This document shows, piece by piece, positions 21,234 to 33,408 of a stretch of 64,000 bases of DNA. The number at the start of each line of letters is the position of its first letter. The stretch's first letter is position 1. The DNA is taken from NCBI RefSeq assembly GCF_964355755.1, contig NC_092670.1:30554388-30618387 (forward strand), written 5' to 3'. The notes beneath the pieces were generated by a model, which saw only the letters and a list, made by a program, of their open reading frames with translations, searched no databases and was not told where the DNA came from. The DNA comes from Antedon mediterranea (taxonomy: Eukaryota; Animalia; Echinodermata). Both the position numbers and the translations under genes were made by a program.

Positions 21234-22293
21234 TTACCTGACTAGATTCAGAACCCAACTGTTGAACTTTGCCGGATAACCTAGCCACTTAACGAAATAC
21301 TCTGTTTTTCCATTGCGTTTCTTGGTTCTCAGAATCTTTTCAACGCGATAAGTATCTTTATCCGTTTTAGAAACTTTCTGCAGTTCTTTCTCGTAGAAAT
21401 TTCCCTCAATAACATCACCGTTCCAATCTTTAACTTGATAGGTAGGTCGTCGCGTTTCTTTACGCTTGAAAATCGTAAAAATTTCTTCAGTCCAGTTGGC
21501 TAAATACCCCTTTTCGAAAAGCATTTTATACCTACTAATTCGAACTTGATCTCCGATTTCAAACTTGAAACGATTAGATCGCAGCTTTTCATCACCGTAA
21601 AGATTCATCCAAACACGATGTTCATTTTCCTTCGTTACATCGATCGGTGGCATTCCTATAGATCTATGTTTTGAACGATTATAACTTAAAAACTAATTTT
21701 GAGAGAATGTCTATGTATTTCTTTGTTGCGTTCGATGTAAAATATCTCCACATTCTTGTTTTCAAAGTTCTATTGAATCTCTCTACTACGCTAGCTTTTG
21801 TTTCATTGTTAGTAGTAAAGAAATGAATGTTTAATGTTTTTAGATGTTTTTGGACTTTCCGATTTGTAAACTCGGTACCTTTATCGGTATGGATTTTCAA
21901 AGGAATCCTTTTTCCTGATAATAACTTCTTCATAGCTGTAAGCATTGACTCGGATGATTTGTTTTTTATTGGAACAACCCAAGAAAATTTACTGAGTACA
22001 TCAATACACGTTATAAGAAATGTATTTTGTTTGTTATATCGTTTTAAAGAAGTCAAATCAACGAGATCCATTTCCCATTGTTCATCTATAGCCGTTACAT
22101 AAACTCTATTTCGAAGAAACCGTCGTTGGATAGGTTTATGAATAGTATATGCGTCTTGTCTCTCTAACCAGTTTTTAACGTCCTTCTTTGTAATACTTAA
22201 TTCATCTTTAACACTATTATAAAGGCGTTCAACACCACCGAGACTACCGGGATGTTTAGGATCGTAATACACTTTTCTCAATACTTCGTCCAT
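21234..22293 (-). pseudogene. Retroviral-like DDE integrase with C-terminal chromodomain; one frameshift near 21688
   Basis: YYDPKHPGSLGG, WEMDLVD, IHTDKGTEF, VVERFNRTLK, SYNRSKHRSIGMPP (restored), FEKGYLANW, chromodomain YRVEKIL..YFVKWLGYPAKFNSWV. Confidence 0.93.
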
Positions 22294-22606
22294 ACTTGAC
22301 ACCGTCACACGTTCAAATGAAATCATATAACACAATAATCATAGTCTAATACGATAAGCTTAGTGGTACATAAATATTTTATTCAATAAACACTTTAAAT
22401 TGATGATTAAATATTGCAGAGAAAAATGATTGAATTAAAATCATTAAAGAATACAGGTGATCTTTACAACTTCAATCTATATCTAGAACTTTAGTTAGAC
22501 CTACTTTTTTGAAAATTCTACAAGTAAATTTTCAAGTGAATCTGAATTCTTTAAATTCTTAACAACAAAAAAGGTGAATAAATAGAAATTCTTCATACAC
22601 TTTAGC

Positions 22607-23179
22607 TTAATTAATTTCGTTTATATCTAAAGCTTTTTGCAGTGTTACTTCCATCAATTCTTCTACAGGTAAAAGACAAATGTCATGATCTTTCTGGCTA
22701 CATCTTGAAAACAAACAGCCGTAGCAATAGTCTCTTCCTATTTTCGAGCACAAATTTAAAAGTTAATTTAAAAATGTTTTTGTAATAATGTCTTTGAACG
22801 ATAACCACTGCTCCTTTTCAATTTCATCGACGTAAGCATAATACAGCATTTCATAATCAGTGTCTATAGGAAATACATCTTCTTCATCGGAATCATACTC
22901 GTTTGCTGGTAAGATTGTCCAGTCGCCGTCGTAAGTTTGTGAATGTGTACTTTCTTGGCTATAAGGTACGTCTTCTTCGTTTATAACAATAACTTCGTTA
23001 GATTCTTCTTCTTCGTCATCGCTGATAACAATCACTTCTGTATGGCTTGCAGCATAACGGGTTTTCTCGAAATCATCGTCTTCTTTTTCATCATCACTGT
23101 TAATGATTATTACTTCTATAGGTTTTGATTTTTCTTCTTCAACTTCACAGATTTTGAATCGTTTAGACGCACTATCCAT
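22607..23179 (-). pseudogene. Polinton accessory protein: three SIM-like motifs in an acidic region, then a CxxC..H..C module after an in-frame TAA
   Basis: IEVIIINSDDE, EVIVISDDEEE, EVIVINEED; reading through TAA (22763-22765) gives LLNLCSKIGRDYCYGCLFSRCSQKDHDICLLPVEEL. Confidence 0.65.
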
Positions 23180-23271
23180 GGTTTAGTAAGAAGTATCAAA
23201 GTACACGTTGAAAGAAGCAAAGTCTTTGTTTTTCACAGCTCAGTTCGTATAGAAACCTGATTGTAATAATT

Positions 23272-26200
23272 CGTCGACACCACGAAGTGACACTAACCGC
23301 GTAATTGATAAAAACAGCGTTTCGAGAAAAACGCGATTGAAGAAACGAGCTTCACAAAACACACGATTTCGTCCTCAAAAAAATGTCACTAAGATTTTTA
23401 ATTTACATACATACAAAGTTAGACAATCCAGCTACCCATTACTTTAATTTAATTTTAATCATATTAATTAATTACCAAGTAAATTAAAGTTAAACTTTAG
23501 TGTCACTTCGTGAAACCGAAAAATTCATTTCTCTACGTAGTTTACGCTTACGAAGTGACACTAACGCAGTTAGTGTCACTTCGTGAAACCGCAAATTCGA
23601 TTTCACCGCGTATTTCTAGTGCGTTGGAAGTGACACTACTGTGTAATTCATAGCTTTCCAATGCAATGATCTTACATCATAACAATTATGTATGGTCCTT
23701 GATAAGTGAACACTATTATATATACATTACAAACATGCATGTCTCCTTTAAGCCCTGCCTGCAATATCCGACTTGCTTCATCTTCCATTTCCATCAAATT
23801 TTTGCTCAAGAACCATCTCTTCCTTATTTATTATTACATGGCCATCTCAGCATTTAGTGTATTGTTTTCATTGATTTCCATTTTGATTCTATTCATTTTT
23901 CCATTATTTTAGTTTGTTAGTTTTCATAAATTCTATTTATTTTTATTTAATTTTTAATTGCTGTATGTTATTGTCTTTTTAAATTGCATTTTTGTGAGGT
24001 TCTCTCTATCTAATGATCACCTTCGACTGGAAGGACCACCCTAGTAAAATATTGTTGAAATAAATAAAATCAAACTTAATGTGACCAACATTAATTTGAT
24101 GGACACAATGGCATAATATCACTCCATATTTGGGCACATCAAACTTTTTTTGTCAAACTAGTTTGATAGTGTAGAAAGGGTTAGGTTATTTATAAATAAA
24201 ACCACATCAAATAAATCTAAAAACATAGTTTGACCTACTTTAACACTTTTAATAAAAACATCAAATTACATAGACATATAAATAGGCCTATCTGGAATGT
24301 ACAGTAAGCATAATGTACATATTCATATTTTTTTTTCCATATTATTAAATATTCTTTATTTTTTAACATTGAACGATTAATAATTCAGTAATACAATTGG
24401 TACTTCAGCCAGTATTAATTTATATCAAAAATTATTCTCTATTGTTATAAATCATGTTAAATACTTAATCAATGTCGTTACATTATTTCTTTTTCTATTA
24501 CCAGTGTGTTTTTTAATTTATTCAATCCATTGTTCTGTGATGTAAACATCATCTAAAAAATGCTCATATAACATAAACACTTGCTACAGGCTGCCTACAT
24601 ACACCTCCCCCATTTTTAAACCTTGAACTTGATACCTTCTCCCTTAAATTGATGTAGATAGATTGCTTGTTGATCGAATTTCGGTTGTTCCCCCTTATCT
24701 TATTTTCTTGAAACTGTTCTGAAAAAAAAAACACGTTTTAAAAATAACAGTGATTTCTTATTGTTAAAAATCAAGCAGAGTAGTTTAGCCTAGTTAAAGA
24801 GTCTACTCTAGCCAAGTAGTAGTAGTACTACTACTACTATTCCCTGGGCATACGCATACTCTAGTTTGTTAGGCCTAGGCTAGGCTTAGAGGACCTAACT
24901 AACTAGGCCTACTAACCGAATAATGTACGCCAGGCCAGATGCTAACCTAGGTAGATCTGGGCAAGCTAGCTATGCCTAAACGTCACAGTAAAGTAATAGG
25001 TCTAGGCCTACCTACTATCTATGCCTAGCTAGTAGTAGGCTAAAAGTGTGTCAAATTACTGTTTTATATTAATTATAAAATAAATATATAATAGGCCTCG
25101 ACATTCGGGATACATGAGCGGACTAAAATTCTTTAAATAAACTAATTAACTTACCGTCTTTCTTGATAAAATGCAATGTTGTGGAGTGTGCGTCCAGATC
25201 CTCCTAGACTTGCCCCAAGTCTGTAATGTTTTTTTTTAAATTTATTTGTTTTTATTTCGACCGCGATTTTTGTCTCAAAATACAGACTTGTGAAACACGT
25301 ATAGAAATCGATTTGTAGACCGCAAACATCCCATAAGAATGACGTAGGTTATCATACCGTATTTGGCTATATGGGGCGGGCGGTATGTAAATATAGATTT
25401 CGAATCAACCAATGATCATTTTGTTTCAAAATGAAAAAGATCGAGTAGGCCTACGTACAGTGTTGAATGTACGATCGAGACTGTTAAAATATGAAATCGT
25501 GTTGCCAAGTTGTTTTGTTTATTAATTGTTTAGTCCTTAGCCTAGGCCTCCTTCGTAGGTCCTACTCAACTCGCACGTATGACCTGCCAAATAAAACGCC
25601 AATAAGGTAGGCCTACATAATACCACCACCGGCACACAACAGGATTCACACACAACAGGGCTACATCACTACACAGAACAGGACAGGTCTGGGTGGGAAT
25701 TAAATCAAATTATCTCCGCGTAATATTATTAAATCAGGGAGATGTAAATTACATCTCCCTGATTAGATCCATATAAAATCCTTTCTAGCCTTCAGAAACT
25801 TTCATCAATGTACCCAAAGTACACATTGTCTAAACGTAACATAGCGCATGCGTACCATCTTAGTTGTTGAGTCTTTGAAATTCTGAAATATGAATATTAA
25901 AACAGTGTACGAGTGAGTAGCCAATCGCATGCAGCTGAAACTAGTCAACCGGATAATCTATGCACCAAGAGTTCTTGGTGTCAAACCACGTGACTTTTGC
26001 GTGTTTCCCCAGACGGAGTATCCAAACTCAAGTAATACACGTATGAAACGCCATATGTGCAAAAATATTTATATTTTTACTAATATTAAGAAAAAACTCC
26101 GTCTGGAGCCCAGACTAAGATCCTCCTAGCTAGGCTGCAGGCTAGGCCAAAACAGTAAACAAACGCGCAAAATTCATTACCAGTGTGGCACTCGCAAGCA

Positions 26201-26425
26201 GCACATACGGGTATTTAATAAATAGTGTCACTTCGTAAAAGAGCAAATTCCATATGAGGGTGTTTTTTGATATTGTCTAATTAATGTAATTAGTTAATTA
26301 ATGATATTTGAATGTTTAGATTTTGTGAAAACATAGAGTTTAATATACATAATCAAAATATGGAAGAAAAATTCTTTTTCAAAAATTCCAGATTTTTAGG
26401 TTAGTGTCACTTCGTGATGCCGACG
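23272..26425. mobile_element. ~3.15-kb unclassified TIR element inserted in the Polinton accessory region
   Basis: TIRs CGTCGACACCACGAAGTGACACTAACC / GGTTAGTGTCACTTCGTGATGCCGACG; AGTGTCACTTC motif repeated subterminally; no clean TSD. Confidence 0.6.
25205..26117 (+). mobile_element. 913-bp non-autonomous element with TAG..CTA termini and 9-bp TSD (AcademH-like)
   Basis: TSD AGATCCTCC at 25196-25204 and 26118-26126; ends TAGACTTGCCCCAAGTCT and GTCTGGAGCCCAGACTA. Confidence 0.8.
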
Positions 26426-26538
26426 ACGATAATATGTTCAAACTTCAAATCTCGAACATCCTATAAAGGGTCCAACTACCTGTATTCTTAATAATGTATT
26501 CAGTCTTATCGGTAAAATGAATTAATTTTTATTAATTA

Positions 26539-26943
26539 TTATTCATTTCCAGCATCTATCACTTCAGCAATCATACCATCTACGTGCTCCGCTTGTTCCA
26601 GCAAATCGTACCATTGATCAACCGTTAAATTTATACCCTGTTTGCCTGGTAGGAAAGGACCATTTTCTTCTATTTGATAGAACTCACGAATACAAACAAA
26701 CGCTTTTTCACCCCATAGTTGAGCCACAATATGTCTCCTTTCATTCAAGATAACACGTTCGGTAGATGTAATTGATCTCTTCGGTGTGAACTGTCTTGGC
26801 CGCTGAATGGAACGAATTGAAGGTACTGTTGTGCCTTGTTGATGTGAAACCTTTTGTATCTTCGCTCTATTAGATACAACACTCTGTCCTTTTGAAGAAG
26901 AAAAAACTCTCTTACTACCGGTTTGCTTTTGAGTAGAATTCAT
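26539..26943 (-). CDS. PC4/Sub1 (p15)-like ssDNA-binding protein encoded by the Polinton
   Basis: LNERRHIVAQLWGEKAFVCIREFY....PFLPGKQGINLTVDQWYDL matches the PC4 pattern (IREFY..PGKKGISL..EQW); basic low-complexity N-terminus. Confidence 0.85.
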   Translation of the reverse strand: MNSTQKQTGSKRVFSSSKGQSVVSNRAKIQKVSHQQGTTVPSIRSIQRPRQFTPKRSITSTERVILNERRHIVAQLWGEKAFVCIREFYQIEENGPFLPGKQGINLTVDQWYDLLEQAEHVDGMIAEVIDAGNE

Positions 26944-27157
26944 CCTGTTAGATAATAACAGTAAGGATAAAGAACAGTTGAATCTGATACGTAAACAAAC
27001 TAAATGTTAAAAATCTAAAGCAAGAAAACTGTACTGTTTTCAAATTAACAATCTGTATATATATATATATATAGTAAATCAGGTACCCTGTTAAAAATAA
27101 AACAATTTACATATATAATACTTAATTCAATAATTCATAGAATAAATACCAACGCAA

Positions 27158-27629
27158 TTACTAAGTATTCATTAAAAAACCCCCTCATATTAATAAAAAT
27201 ATATTAATATTCATGAATATTAAAACATCTTATTACTTCTTCATTGGACTGAGATCGCTAAACAAATTAATTTATTCATTTATTAATAAATAATACCATT
27301 TTAATTATTAAATATTCATAAAACTACCCCCTCATACCTAATTAATTAATTCATTTATTCATAAATAATACCCTTTAAAATATTAATTATTCATAAAAAC
27401 TACCCTTCATAATTAATTCATTTATTCATTTATTCATAATAATACCCTTTAAAATATTAATTATTCATAAAAACTACCCCTCATAATTAATTAATTTATT
27501 ACTTTATTCATAAACAATACCCTTTAAAATATTAATTATTCATAAATACTACACTCATAATTAATATATTAATATTCATTAATTAATTTATGAATTATTC
27601 ATTGGACTGAACGGGGGTATTATACTACT
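27158..27629 (-). repeat. Polinton right TIR
   Basis: Reverse complement of 9792-10272 with scattered substitutions and indels. Confidence 0.92.
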
Positions 27630-28071
27630 TACACAGTAAAATCTCTATTCTTTTGTACACAAATTTTGTAAATAGAGAGGCATTTTAAAAAGCTATGAAA
27701 ACTAAACAGTGTGGTAAAAAATGTTATCAAAAGACTAAATATAGCTAATATAACTTGAATATTACATTTATGGTATTTTTATTCAACTTCAGATTTTTAT
27801 TTTCATGCTATAGCAAAAATTATCCACCGCATATCCACCATCTTTTTTCACCTTCTAGGGAGTCACCAGATATGTTATTACATTAGGTTAACCACCTAAC
27901 TACTGAAAAAAAGTCTTCCTGGTTTTTATGGAAGAATTTTGCCAAATTTTGTATTTGACGATATTAAGGGAAATTCATGTTTTTTCGTCTTGATTTCTGT
28001 TATAAATATTTGATTTATGTACAATTGACCACAATTTTTATTAAAATTTCATGCCTGTACCTGAGCTTTAA

Positions 28072-30470
28072 TATTAACTTGTTAAATTCTAAAACACACA
28101 AAGGAACTTCTGATTTTGTTAATACTTTATTTCAATCAAATTATTATCCTCTTATTACTAGGCCAACTAGAATTACGCGTAATTCTGCAACTTTAATCGA
28201 CAATATTTTTTGTAATAATCTATACGATAACATTTCTTCCGGAATTCTATATTCGGACATCTCGGATCACTTTCCTGTTTTCTTGTTAATACATAAATCA
28301 GAACCTGAAACCAAATTCAAAATATATATACATAAAAAAAGTCAATGATATTTCAATTTCTGCTTTAAGTAATGATTTGTCAAATGTTGACTGGACTAGT
28401 ATTTATAACTCCAATGAACCCAATGAGGCATACGCATTATTCAACGACATATTTAGTACATTATATAATAACAATATTAAAACCACTCGTTCCAGACGCA
28501 ATATTCGGAAAGAAAAAAAACCTTGAATAACTAGAGGCTTAATTAAATCTATCGACCAAAAACACAAATTATATAAAACATTTCTTATATCTAAAAAGCA
28601 AAAGGACAAAGATAAATATGTTAAATATCGAAATGTACTTACCAAAATCCTTCGTACTGCCCAAAAGAATTACTTCAGTGACAAATTTGAATTCCATAAA
28701 AATAACATCCAAAAAACCTGGCAAACAATAAATGGAGTCCTTGGCAAGAAATATCGTAAACCGTTTCCTTCTCACTTTATTAACAATGACATTGAATTAA
28801 ATAATCCTCAACAAATTGCAACTGAATTCAATAATTATTTTACTAATATAGGGCCAAATTTGTTAACAAAATACATGTGTCGGATAATGATAATTATACT
28901 TCTACCCTACCTCGTCCATGTGTGCACTCTCTCTTTCTTAGTCCAGTAACCGAACATGAAGTTGTCAGTATAATACTTTCCCTCACAGATAATAAATCTC
29001 CTGGGTTTTATGGGTTTTCCAATAAAATTATTAAACGAATTTTATATGCAAACCCTTAACTCACATTTTTAATACTTCTTTTCAAACCGGTATTTTTCCT
29101 GATTCTTTTAAAATAGGTAAAGTCATCCCTATCTACAAGAAAGAAGATCCTCATCATTTCAATAACTACAGACCAATCTCCCTACTTCCTTGTTTCTCAA
29201 AATTAATTGAAAAAATAATGCATAATCGAATTTCTTTCTTTTTAACTAAACATAACATTTTATTTAAAGGCCAATATGGTTTCAGGAAAAAGTATTCAAC
29301 AGATCTTGCTTTATTAGATATTTTTGACAAAATTACAATTGCCTTGAGTAAAAATGAGTTTTCTGCCTTCGATACTATTAACCACGATATTTTAATTCAT
29401 AAACTTTCAAATTACGGTATCAGAGGCCTTCCTTTAAAACTAATTAAAAGCTACCTTTTTAATCGTGTTCAGTTTACTTCCTTAAATAATTTTAACTCTT
29501 CCTATTCCCGTTTAACCTGTGGTGTTCCCCAAGGATCGATTCTTGGACCACTCTTATTCTTGATTTTTGTTAACGATATACCAAACAGCTCTAAATTACT
29601 AAATTTTATCTTATTTGCTGACGACACAAATATTTTTTTCTCTCATCCTAAATTAAATACCTTGTTTATAATTGTCAATGATGAGTTACTTAAAGTTTCA
29701 AATTGGCTCAAACACAATAAATTAACTCTTAATACATTCAAAACGAACTATATAATATTTTCTAAACGTAAAATTTCAAATTCTTTAAATGAAAAAATAT
29801 ACATTGATAATAAAATGATCAAACGAGTTAATGAAACACAATTTTTAGGAGTAACCATAGATGCCTCTCTGACTTGGAAACTACATATAAATAAAATCAG
29901 TAATCTAGTTGCCAGAAATGTTGGAATATTGAACAAATTAAAACATATCTTCCCTCAAAAAACCTTATTAACCCTTTATAATACTTTAGTTTTGCCTTAC
30001 CTTTCTAATGCCAATTTATGTTGGGGAATTACTCTAGATAAATTTAATACGTTATGCCCCTGTACAAGTCTAGAGAAAACTCAAATAGACCGCCTTTTTA
30101 AACTACAAAAACGTGCACTTCGGATTTGCGCGGGAGAATCATTTAGAGCCCATACAAAATTACTTTTTAAAAGATTTAACGTTTTAAACATTTATGATTT
30201 AAATAAATTACAAGTTGCCTCATTTATGTACCGTTTATCTAACATTTACTGCCTTCACATGTTAGTGCTTTATTTACAAGGATTGACGAACGCCATTCCT
30301 ATAAAACCCGATCCTCTGTTAACAATTATATCCTTGATAATTTAAATGTTAAGGCTCGACGATTTTCTATTTATTATTTTGGTCCCAAAGTTTGGACTTC
30401 ACTCTCAAATGAACTTAAACAGAAATCTTCCTTTTCTAGTTTTAAATCTAATTTCAAAAACAAAATGGTG
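28072..30470 (+). pseudogene. LINE ORF2 remainder (APE C-terminus and reverse transcriptase), multiple stops and frameshifts
   Basis: ITRPTRIT..TLIDNIF, ISDHFPV, NNYRPISLL, QYGFRK, GVPQGSILGPLLFLIFVND, LFADDT, FLGVTID; the first RT Asp motif is deleted (KNEF-SAFDT). Confidence 0.88.
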
Positions 30471-30859
30471 TCTGAATATGCTACATAATTTTTCGCCGAT
30501 CTTTTATCCTTATTTATTTGGTAGTGATACATTCACCCTGGTATTCAATAATCTCCGCTACATTGTATAGTTATACTTGTTATTATACCGTATTTAACTA
30601 TATTTCATATTGTACTCTAATTGTTATCATTATCCCTTTTATCATTATATTATATAATTTCCTGGTTTATCTTAACTTCTATAATTTAAATTTTTTTGTT
30701 ATTTTTGATTTTATGTACTTTCACTATTACATATTTATATTTTAGTCTACTCTGTAGCAATGTTAGTATACTTATAGGCATACGGGGGTCACGACTTAAA
30801 GTTCAGTGAACTTACTGTGACCTCCATCCACCCACATTTAATATATGTTATGTAAATGT

Positions 30860-31113
<254 letters not shown>

Positions 31114-31464
31114 TATAATATATATATATATAAGTGAGTGGAAAAAATAAATAAACGAAACGAAACGAAACGAAATTTCTTACATTTTGAAATATGAATA
31201 AATTACAACTCTGTACGAGTGAGTAGCCAATCACATGCGGCTAAAACTAGTCAACCGGATAATCGTATGCATCAAGAATTCTTGCTGTCACGTGACTTGT
31301 ACGTGTTAGTCCAGTAAAATATCACCTTCAACATGCATAGCGTTGCTAGTCAACGAGATTCTCACCGTAGGTTCTATATATATGTAAAGATCATTATTGA
31401 TGTTGCATCGCATAAAAGTTGGGATTTGCGGAGAAAATGAAGTTTTTGTATATCTTTTCGTCGT

Positions 31465-32880
31465 CGTTTAACATCAAGAAATGACGTCACCAGGCAACAG
31501 TGAATGACACGCCATTGTCGACATTGACACGACCAGCGCTTTCAAAGGAAAATTAAAGGCCATTAAAAAAATTGTCGAAAAATATAAAAAAAGAGGTTTT
31601 CAAGAAAGTAAGAGAAAGTTGGAAAATAGAAGACGAGTTAATGTTGGAACTGGAAAGGTTCACGTGCCTGTTATATGGATCCCCATTGAAAGCAAGGAGT
31701 ACCGATGAACTTAGATTTGACTAAGTTCATAGGTTGAGACGGAAAAATCTGTGTTAACAAAATTGATTTGGCTAAAATGTAACCGTCACGTCATAATACG
31801 AAGCACGAACTATCAAGTCAGGATCTGAAAGCTCGCACTAACACCGATTTACGAGCTAACGAAACCTCAAGACAATAACGGATGGTGCATTGACGATAAC
31901 GATTTGCTGGGGCCTCGTGGTGTGAAGGCGAGATTCGTCCAACTGAAGTGATCGATGACATTCCCGAGAACGATTCCTTTAACTCGAATGATGAGAGCAG
32001 TGACGAATCAGATAGTGAGAGCGAAGAAGACAATTATTACTGAAAAAAAGTAGGCCGAATAAATTTGTTTCTATTTAGTTTTTTTATTGCTGGTCCGCCA
32101 GATAGTCTGATCATGGACCTATACATTAATTAATTAATTTATAGGTCCATGGTCTGATGACTTTTCCGCGCCTCGGCTGCTTTGTTTATATCTCGGATTG
32201 CTTTTTTCTAGTCCTGTCTGTTTTCTACTTTTCTCCGAATCGTTTCTATATCTTTATGCTATTTATCCTAGGGGCTAGTGCAGAGGTCGTTCGATAGAGT
32301 AACCGGTGTGGATCGTGGTCGTCCTCTCATGGTTAAGTAAACATATTATTAAAAATGATTTATCAGAAAAAAGTAAAAATTGTATGTTTGGTATATTTTA
32401 GTATGATTGAACAGTGGCTTATTACGCTTCACAGACCGGGCAAACAGCTTGCATACTTGTACATCTACAATTCGCAAAATGTACATACTAATAATTATTT
32501 TCGGGGAAAACATCATAAATATATAGAGTAAACTAGTAATGCCTTCTGGTGTACAACACATTCGATTCCTCCTCTAAATTGTATTTCTGAATGAATGAAT
32601 AACAATTACAGAAAACTTGCGGTGACAAGTTTGGGCGTATCAATACTTATACTATCACACTGTATGGAAGGCCAGTCTCCTGTTGTTCCTTTATATTTAT
32701 TTGACTTATTTATTATCAAAATGACTTGTTGTGATGTGATACATAATAGTACAATTAATTTAATACAGATAATGAAAACCATATTCGTACATTTAAAATT
32801 CACTTTTTAATACGAACGCTAATGTCGACAATGTCGTGTCATTCACTTTGGCCTGGTGACGTCATTTCTCGATGTCAACA
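31465..32880 (+). mobile_element. Internally deleted TIR element with a degenerate XPG/PIN-like C-terminal transposon protein remnant (AcademX-like)
   Basis: ~60-bp inverted repeats (31465-31527, 32820-32880); remnant DTTSAFKGK...LERFTCLLYG...TDELRF...TNYQVRI*KLA...NNGW plus acidic tail (31526-32040). Confidence 0.55.
32112..32151. mobile_element. 40-bp P-element-like mini-MITE
   Basis: 12-bp TIR CATGGACCTATA / TATAGGTCCATG; 7-bp TSD GTCTGAT (32105-32111, 32152-32158). Confidence 0.7.
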
Positions 32881-32976
32881 AACGATAGGTATATTCAGAG
32901 CGTCATTCTGACGATGGAGCACCATTTATGCCTTTATAGACTTCCGAAATAGAAATAGTATTACGGTAACCGGTTC

Positions 32977-33408
32977 ACTGGACCAAATTTGGCACCGGTG
33001 AAGCACAGTGATATAAAATAGAAATAAGTCATTTTAATTATGTTCGTATGTTAATACAAGTGGACCCAATTTGGCGCCATTGGAGCACAGTGATATAAAT
33101 TAGAAATAAGTCACTAAGTTTCATTATTTGTTCGTATGTTAATACACTGTGCTCGAGTGGACCTACTTTGACACCAGTGGAGCACAGTGATATAAACTAT
33201 AATTAAGTCACTGAGTTTTAATATCTTTTCGTATGTGAATACACTATGATTAATTGGACCTAAGTTTGGCGCCAGTGGAGCACAGTGGTTTAAAATAAAA
33301 ATAAGTCACTGAATTTTAATATCTTTTCGTATGTTTCAATACATTTTCGTATATTAATACACAATGCTGCTCCAGTGGACCCAATTTGGCACCAGTGGTG
33401 GAGCACAG
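32977..33408. repeat. Minisatellite, ~5 copies of an 80-120 bp unit
   Basis: Recurring TGGACC.AATTTGGCACCAGTGGAGCACAGTGATATAAA..AGAAATAAGTCA. Confidence 0.85.

Larger units (their letters stand above)
9792..27629. mobile_element. Full-length Polinton/Maverick (endogenous polintovirus/adintovirus), 17,838 bp
   Basis: Termini AGTAGTATAATACCCC / GGGGTATTATACTACT; perfect 6-bp TSD TACACA (9786-9791, 27630-27635); ~480-bp TIRs; full set of pPolB, ATPase, protease, MCP, mCP and integrase genes. Confidence 0.97.
9630..28067. mobile_element. Kolobok-like non-autonomous TTAA element (~594 bp when empty) hosting the Polinton
   Basis: TTAA duplicated at 9626-9629 and 28068-28071. Imperfect TIRs AGGCCAGGTGAGGGCCAAAAATTT vs (rc) AGCTCAGGTACAGGCATGAAATTT; AG..CT termini. 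Removal restores the LINE GDFN codons. Confidence 0.75.

Noticed and set aside
23272-23640. CRISPR-like repeat-spacer array from the AGTGTCACTTCG repeats
   Set aside because: Repeats are short, in mixed orientation and irregularly spaced; better explained as subterminal transposon motifs
23666-24720. Coding exons inside the 3.15-kb TIR element
   Set aside because: Only short stop-interrupted frames with no recognisable motif
32977-33408. CRISPR-like array
   Set aside because: The intervening sequences are homologous to each other, the context is eukaryotic and there are no cas genes; it is a minisatellite
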